Positions 55,805-64,000 of a stretch of DNA of 64,000 bases are shown piece by piece (the stretch's first letter is position 1; each line of letters starts with the position of its first letter). The DNA comes from Auanema rhodensis (Eukaryota > Animalia > Nematoda). Made by a program: the position numbers and the translations under genes. The notes beneath the pieces are model-generated. The model saw only the letters and a list, made by a program, of their open reading frames with translations. It had not been told where the DNA came from and made no database searches. Where the stretch lies: the NCBI GenBank assembly GCA_964057225.1, contig OZ059895.1:14880001-14944000 (forward strand), written 5' to 3'.

Positions 55805-56362
55805 CTTCGGTCTGTTGTCTATCTATCTGCCTATCGTCTTTGTCGTCGTCGTTGTCGTCGTTGTATGTTTCGTCTTCTGTTCGTAATAATTAGCTTGTTG
55901 AAGTATAAGAATAGTTTAGATAACACTTACTAGATATATATATATCTCTTTCTATATATAGTTAAGACGAAAGTGAGAACAGTATAATGGAAATAGCGTT
56001 CGTCGTCTATTATCTCACTTGATCTTTACGTAATAGTTGTCTCGTAGTCGTCGTAGTGATGTAGTTAGGCTATGAGTGAGTGTCTGTGTATGTGTGTGAA
56101 TATGTGGTTGTGGCTGTGTATATGATGTGTTTCAAGGGGTCCCTGAAATTTTTGACTTCTTTACACGCCAGAAAGGATTTATGCGAAAAACAGTTGAAGC
56201 AGATTTTGAATAACAATAGATGGTGAAGCATATATAGTTTAGTTAGTTAAAGATGGCATAGATCTAGATATGTATATACATATATAGTATATAATGAGTC
56301 GATTAGTAGTACTCATTAGAATTGAGATGGTCAAAAAAAAATAAAGAGAGAGAGAGAGAAAG

Positions 56363-56405
<43 letters not shown>

Positions 56406-57110
56406 TGTATGACATAGACACAATAAGTATAATCTATATGTATATAATCTATAATAAATAAAATAATTAAAATATAACATTATAAAAACATAATTTAAAT
56501 ACAATATGCTGGATGGTAAGCAAGAGCATGGAGAGAGGCGGCGGAAATGAGGAAGAAGAGACAACGACGATGCATGGTTAAGCTGCCAAGTTTAAACAAA
56601 ACAATCAGCTAACTCAGCAAAATAACGGAATTCTAAAGGTAGATACAATTTATGGTGAAAAAATTGAAAATTGTTGAAGTGTTGAACGGTTAAGTATGAA
56701 TGTGGGATGGAAGAGAAGGAGGGACACGACAGGAGGGTTGATGGACATGTCCAAGTTCAGGATGGGCTATTGCTTGCTGGTGGTGTGAAGGTCAACATGT
56801 TCTTATTTCAAAAGAATATACAAAGCTAAATGTGGTGGAAAGTTGAAACATGAAGCACATTGGATAATAGAAAGACAGCTCAGGACAAAAGACTACAGGA
56901 TTAGGTAAGTAGGATGAATGAAAGAGAGAGAGAGGGAAAGAACAACGACGACGAAGCAAAAAAAGCTAAGCGGAAATAGATAGTTGATATGCTAGAAATT
57001 TGAAAAATGAATTAGAAGAGAAGGATTAGCAGATAACAGATGTACTTTACTGTTCAGTTCTCTGACAGAAGCCCGGGGCTAGTGTCTTGTGTGGGTATGT
57101 ATGTGTGTGG

Positions 57111-57200
57111 CTAGGGGGAGGGAGCTCCTGGCCCAAGCGGACGGGGGCGACGACACGTGGCCACGCCTCCTTCTTTCGTCGGAATGATCAGACAAGCTTC
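57111..57200 (-). promoter_or_regulatory. GC-rich putative promoter upstream of the seb-2-like gene
   Basis: Isolated GC-rich island with a CACGTG box, ~1.3 kb upstream of the first coding exon. A TTTCAG acceptor on - (~56143) suggests a non-coding leader exon in between. Confidence 0.4.
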
Positions 57201-57755
57201 TGGGAGTGAGTGAGTGAGTGAATGCTGGAGGGAGAGAGAGAGAGAAGGAGGGAGGGGAGGAGAAAGGAGTAGAAAAAAGAAAAAAGTAAAGAAATGGGAA
57301 TGTAAAGAGGGAGAGAATACGAGAGAAAGAGAGAGTAATAAGTTTGGGGGGATAAGATAGGCAGAGAGAAAGAGAAAGAGCATGAGTTGAGGAGTTGCAG
57401 TTGTGAAGAATAGAAAAAGATGAGGAAGATGAGATGTATGAAGAAGAAAAAGTGAGAAGAGAAAAGAACGAACTGATGAGAAAGGGAGTGAAACGTAAAG
57501 AGAGAGAGAGAGAGAGAGAGAATAGTTATGCCTGGAGGCTACTGCACAATCATTTAAATGAACCATATGTGGCTTGAGGGCAATAAATGCGGATGTGATT
57601 TAGGAAGTAACATAATTCTGAATATTACTCAAATTCTTTTCAAGTTTTTTATTTTCTGCGTTCAGGTCACAACGTCTGACTTGCTGCAAATGACATCTAG
57701 CATCAAGCAGTCAAACCGAATTAAACAGCATATTAGATTATTTTCAGTTGTTGTC

Positions 57756-57788
57756 TACGTGAAATCCACGTGCCACGTGGGCCACGTG
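57756..57788. promoter_or_regulatory. E-box/HRE cluster: TACGTG followed by three CACGTG
   Basis: TACGTG at 57756-57761; CACGTG at 57767-57772, 57774-57779 and 57783-57788. Confidence 0.5.
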
Positions 57789-58276
57789 CATTCATTTCTA
57801 TTGCTCATTTTGAGTACGAACGTAGTCCGTTTCGGTTGCATTTTATGGAGGTCGCATTTACCCATCTTTCCATCAACGTCACACCATATTGTTTGGACGA
57901 TTTCAGGAATAATCAATGCTATATTGATCAGATAGCACAATATTATTTCATCCATTTCAACAATTTTCATTTTTTTTCACATCAAATGTGAAAAAAATGT
58001 GTTTTATGAACTCTTCTCACTCAAGAGTTATAACTCAAAAAGATGAAAAAGTTATGTCAAAATATGACAATACATGAGACTACTTTTCTACTGCGAAGCT
58101 CAACATTTTCTGAATTCAGCGTGTCAAATGAATTAGGACTCTTTAAATTCTTCATTATTCTTAAAGTCTTAACTGGTTTTAATGAAACATACAATAAAAA
58201 ATTAATGACGTTTGTATAATACAAATTGAATTGCAGAAAAATCTTTCCGAATCAAAAAGAACCACAAAGCTAATGA

Positions 58277-58296
58277 AAAGGGGAAGGGGAAGATAA

Positions 58297-58345
<49 letters not shown>

Positions 58346-58425
58346 ATGAGAGAGAAAGAGAGAGAATGAGAGAGAGAATGAGAGAGAAAGAGAGAGAATG
58401 AGAGAGAAAGAGAGAGAGAGAGAGA
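58277..58425. repeat. Interrupted (GA)n array with ~10-nt units (AAAGAGAGAG / AATGAGAGAG)
   Basis: Alternating AAAG- and AATG-marked units visible at ~58320-58410. Confidence 0.85.
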
Positions 58426-58715
58426 ATTTGCAATAGAGACCTACGATACCAGAGCAAAACATTTATACCGTGAAAACAAATACCATCGTAAAATCATCAA
58501 AACCTATGAGTGAAATGAATAGAATTAAATAAATATATGTGAACATTATAATTATATATTATAATCATAAATATATATAGAGATAGAAAGATATTGAGGG
58601 GATAAAATGAACTTAAAAGGTTATAATCTACAAGAATTTCGAGAGAAAAGACAGAAGAAAAACATTATAATCGGTCAAATATGAAAGACATTAGATCTCT
58701 TTCTTTTCTCTCTCT

Positions 58716-58764
<49 letters not shown>

Positions 58765-61495
58765 GACCTTTTTAAAGTAATTTTTATATTTTTTTAAATG
58801 AAAAAATATAATAACGTACAGGTTAATGATTCAGAAACATCCCTATACATACCCACACACGCAGAAAACATAGACACACAATCATGTATGTACATATACA
58901 TACATACATACATATCGTATACGATGTGTCTAGTATAAAAAAAATATTTTTTTTGTTGTTTATAGTGTGATCAACAACTTTTTTTTCCATTTTTTAAAAA
59001 AAAAATTAAACGAGGGGGGGCTGTAAGTTATTGAGTCACTTGTCTCTGATGCCTAAGAGATGATGAGAAGGTAGCTTTTGAAGTCTCAAATCCTTTTTTA
59101 TGGAATATTGTCACTTTAAAACTTTAAATATTTCAAGTTTTAGTTAAAATATTAATATTATATAGTTATATAGTTATATATATAACTAATATTAATTATA
59201 TAAGTATGTTGTTAGTATAATAATTGATTAAACAATTAATTATAATTGATAATTCGTTTATAGTTAATAAAAATTATTGAAAACGTAGTTTAATATGTTG
59301 TTTTGGCATTTAGCTATATAGTTTTTAGTTTAATATACTTATTAGTATAATATATATATATATATATATAGTTTAGCATATTTATAAATAGATTTTTCTG
59401 TTTTAAAGAATTATATAACAAAATTGAATTGTTATTTTTCAGTTTCATGTATTTCAACATTTTTTTATACATTTTATGGCAGAATGATTGTAACTTTTCA
59501 GAGCATTTTATATGAAATTTAAAGTTTTTGAAACAAAGAATTTCGGTATTTCTGTGCTAAAACACAGAGAGACATTTGAATTTCTTGGTAAATTGTATGG
59601 TTTAATGTTTCAAGGAATTTTATGACTAGATTTAGTAAAAAAATACAGCAATTAGCAATTTTGATATTATATGTTGAAGATCCCAATGGGGCGGTAGAAC
59701 TTTTGGTTGTTTTTCTTCTTTTTTCTTTTTTTTTCATAAAAGGAACAAATTACTTGGAAGTGCATGGTATCAGGGCATTGTTTAATGGGCTTCTTAACTC
59801 AGATTTCATGAGAATAATCACCTCTGGGAATACAGTAAAGAGGTTCGAAATGCAAACAGCTGAATCAAGCTTATCAACTTTTTAAAGCAACAATTATTCC
59901 CAAAGGACGAACGAATGCATTTGATGGTTTTGTTGTTTTTTTTTCTCTATCCTATACTTATCTAAAGAAATAAGAAACAGAATCGTTTACTTTATTAAAT
60001 TTTTTAATTTCATTTTTCAAAAAAGAAATTTGCTTCAGTCTGAGCATAAATTATATATTATATTTTATAAAATTTGAAATGAATGAGAAGATGTAGACGA
60101 CGATGATGATGATGACGACGATTATAGTGATGATATTAGATAATGTATTCATTCTTTTAGTTAATAAAAACAGTATTATATATAATTTGTGTTCAATAAG
60201 AGAAATTATGCAATATTTTGATTATTTCAGTCTATTTTTAGAAGTTATATAGTTCAAATTACTAAGTTCTTGAACAGCTATATTGATAAAATAAATTATA
60301 GGTAAGTTTGGCCAAAAGATTTTAATAAACAGAACGAATTTCACAAATTTTTTAATATACATCGTATGAGAAAAGTGAAACTAAGATAATGTGCAGACTC
60401 TGAAAAAAAGGAAGGCAATTTGAGTTATTTTTGTACAAATGTGCAAGGAAGACGGTTAGGCGCTCGGTGATCAAACGGGAAAATCTGAACATTATTCTCT
60501 TTTAAGTCACTGAAATGACGAGAAAAACAACTGCAATCCGCACTTTTATATATAAAATGTCCGCCATGAGCGAAATATAAATGAAAATAAGAAGGTTGCG
60601 CATCGCAAAAAAGGAGTTATGATTTTCCAAAAAATGCAGTCGGCTGACGATCCATTCGTGACAAAACTTCATCATGAGCCTCGACGAAATGCTTATGTTT
60701 TCTTGTAAAAGAAACATATATTCAGATAATAAAATAGATTTTTTACATGCATGGGGACATTTTGTATTATTAGGTAAAACAAAAACTGAAGCATTTTGAG
60801 TAATGTATTGCAAGTTAGCGGTTGATCTATAAAATTGATCAGGTGAAGCTCGTTTTCAAGCATATTTGATAATATTATATATACGCTCGCTCATTCATGA
60901 AGTCATTGAGCAGCTTTAACGATTTTCCTTGTATTTTTCGAAAATTTATTGCATTCGTATTTGAAAAGTTTAGTAATTGAAGGAGAAAAGAAGAATGGCC
61001 CATAGTTTTTCAAACCCATTAGTGATCGTTACGATTATACTAATAAACATATGATAGGGAACATTGCTTTCTTTTTCTCCTTTTCATATCAGCAACATAT
61101 TTTCATCACAGTTTACTATTATGAATCATATTACCTTCTGTTATATTAAGCGTATTATTTAAAATGTTGTGGAAATTGCGTGTGCAGCTATTTTCCATAT
61201 TTATTAATAATTTAACCGCCTAATATTACGTATTTTCGTTTATAATGTTTTTCTAATTGTATTTTTTTTAATAATTAAGTTTCTTTTATATTTTTTTAAA
61301 AATTAAATTGATTGTTATCTTTCATCACGTGAAAGAGTAGTGAAAACACTAAGGTGAATGTTCGGACAATTGTCATGCTGAATGAAACGCGCCCTAATGC
61401 GAATGACCTACTGTTTGGGGTCATGCTTGCATCCTTCTGATTTGCTTTCTCTTTTTTCTTTATGTTCATAAGGTTAAAGCTTTTTTTTTAGAATT

Positions 61496-64000
61496 ATGTC
61501 GGGTAATTCGAATGCAAGAAGCTACATAGATGATGTGTGGACTGATTTAGAAGTTGGACTACTCGCTATATACAGCAGAGAGCACATGAGCCCAAGTAGA
61601 TATATGGAACTCTATACGTGAGTACTGAGCATTCTGCTCAATTATAAAGCAATATTGGTATACATATATGGTTTTAGACATGTCTTCAATTTTTGTACCA
61701 CTTCTTCTGCTAGTACTACCGCTATGAACACATTAAAAAAAGGAAACTTTCATGCAGAACGGCGGGAGCAGCAACATTCTGATTTCATGGGATCAGAACT
61801 TTATGACAGATTAAAAATATATGTAACTAAATATGTCACCGACGTATTTAAGGTATTTGATGTCTATTCATGTTTATTTTAAATTGAATAATTTTAAGAG
61901 AGGAAGTGAATTAAATGGCGAAGGTTTGTTGAGATTCTACACAAAAGAATGGTCAGAGTTCAGGTTTTCATCTAAGGTTTTGTTGAATATGTGTGCTTGT
62001 TTATAAACATTTTAACTTTAGGTTGTAGATGGAATTTTCGCTTATATTAATAGACATTGGATCAAAAGAGAAGTTGAAGAAGGAAATAGAGACATATTTC
62101 GTTGCTATACGGTTTTTTTTTTCATTTTAAAATTATTTTTATTGATATCTTAATTAGCTTACTCTTGCTATTTGGAAGCAACATCTATTTTTGACACTAA
62201 AAGATAGAATCGTTGATGCTGCTCTCGAGCAGATATACAGAGAACGGTCTGGTCAACCTATTCCTAATCAATTAATCAAGGGTGTAGTGGATTCATATGG
62301 TAATTTTCAAGTTTTCAAATTTTGCTATATTTTTTGTTGTTCTAGTTGAGTTGGGAATTGAAAATGATCTTAGCGATGCTGATTTCCTTACTGGTGGAGC
62401 TCCCAAAGTACCTGATAGTGAAGAAGGAAGATTAACTGTGTATAAGGTTATTTTATTGTTTTCACTTTATATTATTTAAAGATTTTTTCAGACCAAATTC
62501 GAAGTAAAATTCTTGCAAGCAACTCGAGATTTTTATGCCCAAGAAGCTTCGCAACATTTCCAAGAAGAAAGACCAGATCAAATCGTAGCATATATGAAAA
62601 AGGTTATTTTTTTTTTTTGGTTAATGTTTCACCTTTCTGTTAAGGTTGAGAATAGATTGCTCGAAGAGGAGCAGCGTTGCAATTTATACTTACATCAGTC
62701 TACACAGAATAAGCTTGCTAAATGTTTAGAAAAGGTTTGCTTTATCGATTTGTAACGGTTATGAGTTTTTTGTTTTGAAATTTTAGGTTTTAATTGAAAG
62801 TCATTTGGATGCGTTCAAGTATGAGTTCCCTATTCTTCTTGAAAACAGACGAGATTCAGATTTAGCAAGAATGTACAAAGTAAAATAACAAATATTTTTA
62901 TAATAATTGTTATTTATATCTTTTCTTACAGTTATGCGATCGTGTAGATAATGGTTTGAATGATTTACGGTTGTCTCTGGAACAACATATTGCTAAAGAG
63001 GGATTGAATGCAATTTCTCAAGTTGCTGATGCAGCATCTTCCGTGAGTGTCTGAAACTTTATGATTTTAATGATTATATTATTGTAGGATGCGAAATTGT
63101 ATATATCTACTATTTTGCATGTCCATAAGAGATATGTTGATCTTGTAAGTCATGCTTTCAAAAATGAACCCGGCTTTATTCAAGCTCTTGATAAGGTAAT
63201 TCATCTATTTGCGAAAGAATATAATTCTTTGTGCTTCTAGGCTGCAACCACATTTATCAATAAGAATGCTGTTACCACAAAGGATTGTCCCAACGGAATG
63301 AATGTAAACTCGAATAAAAGTCCTGAATTATTGGCAAAGTGAGTGTTTACTTATTTATTTTCTTAATTGCTATTGTTATCAGATATTGTGATCAGCTTTT
63401 GCGTAAAAGTAGCAAGATGCCAGATGAAATGGAGCTTGAAACTATGCTTGTTGATGTGGTATTTTTATTTTATTTTGTAAACAGGAATTTTAAATTCGTT
63501 TCAGATGGTTGTTTTCAAATATATCGAAGACAAAGATATTTTCTCCAAGTTTTATACAAAGATGTTCAGTAAAAGGTATAACATGACGATCATGTGATAT
63601 TATAATATTTTCTTTCGATAGATTGATAAATGAGATATCAGCAAGTGAAGATGCTGAAATGAGTTTAATTAATAAGCTTAAGCAATCGTGTGGTTTTGAA
63701 TACACTAACCGCATGTCTAAGATGATAAGTGACATTCAACTTAGTAAGGTATCAGTTTCCTTGTTCTGAAATAAACAGTAAACTAATGATCTTAAAGACC
63801 ACTTGTATGGATTTCCGCTGCTCGATGACCGGTGTTGAGCATTTAGATCTTAATATACTTATTTTGAGGTATGATATTTACCAAGTATTTTTAATTTTCC
63901 AATACCTTATAGCACTGGTTCTTGGCCTACTATGAATCCAACATCTTTTCTACTACCTCAGAAACTAAATCAATCAATGGAAGAGTTTAAAAAGTTTTAT
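61496..64000 (+). CDS. cul-1: Cullin-1 family SCF scaffold (3' end outside the window)
   Basis: VWTDLEVGL..MSPSRYMELYT|HVFNFCT, FMGSELYDRLK, FAYINRHW, KSPELLAK|YCDQLLRKSSK, FKYIEDKDIFSKFY, CGFEYT, ILS|TGSWP. A cul-1-derived paralogue (cul-6-like) cannot be excluded. Confidence 0.9.

Noticed and set aside
57755-57970. 71-aa minus-strand ORF with a hydrophobic start and several cysteines
   Set aside because: No recognisable family or splice support; it overlaps the E-box cluster and its length is within chance.
61354-61491. Possible C/D snoRNA upstream of the cul-1 ATG (CTGA at 61437-61440 and a small hairpin)
   Set aside because: No convincing RUGAUGA C box, terminal stem or recognisable guide sequence.

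Overview
Eukaryotic, AT-rich genomic DNA from a rhabditid (C. elegans-like) nematode, with mostly ~40-50 nt introns and TTTCAG/TTTTAG acceptors. The ORF track therefore shows only exon fragments, and I spliced the genes by hand. Gene order: partial F-box gene (-), dcr-1/Dicer (-), rpl-6 (+, head-to-head with Dicer), hum-5 myosin I (-), par-3 (+), a divergent serpin-fold gene (-), a seb-2-like class B GPCR (-, 10.6 kb first coding intron inside a ~21 kb microsatellite-rich domain) and partial cul-1 (+). The most striking observation is in par-3. Three consecutive 3' exons (462 nt) are open in two reading frames, and a 68-nt cassette exon followed by three RBFOX TGCATG elements would switch between them. 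This gives either the conserved PAR-3 tail (...RFSNY*) or a different ~300-aa tail ending in a PDZ-ligand-like ATDC*. Other leads: an alternative par-3 first exon encoding MNSGCCCC, a pri-miRNA-like hairpin, a dispersed bipartite ACGTG...CACGT element in long introns, an out-of-frame uORF overlapping the Dicer start, a serpin lacking a reactive-centre loop, and three GC-AG introns. Gene names and comparisons come from recalled protein motifs; no database search was run.
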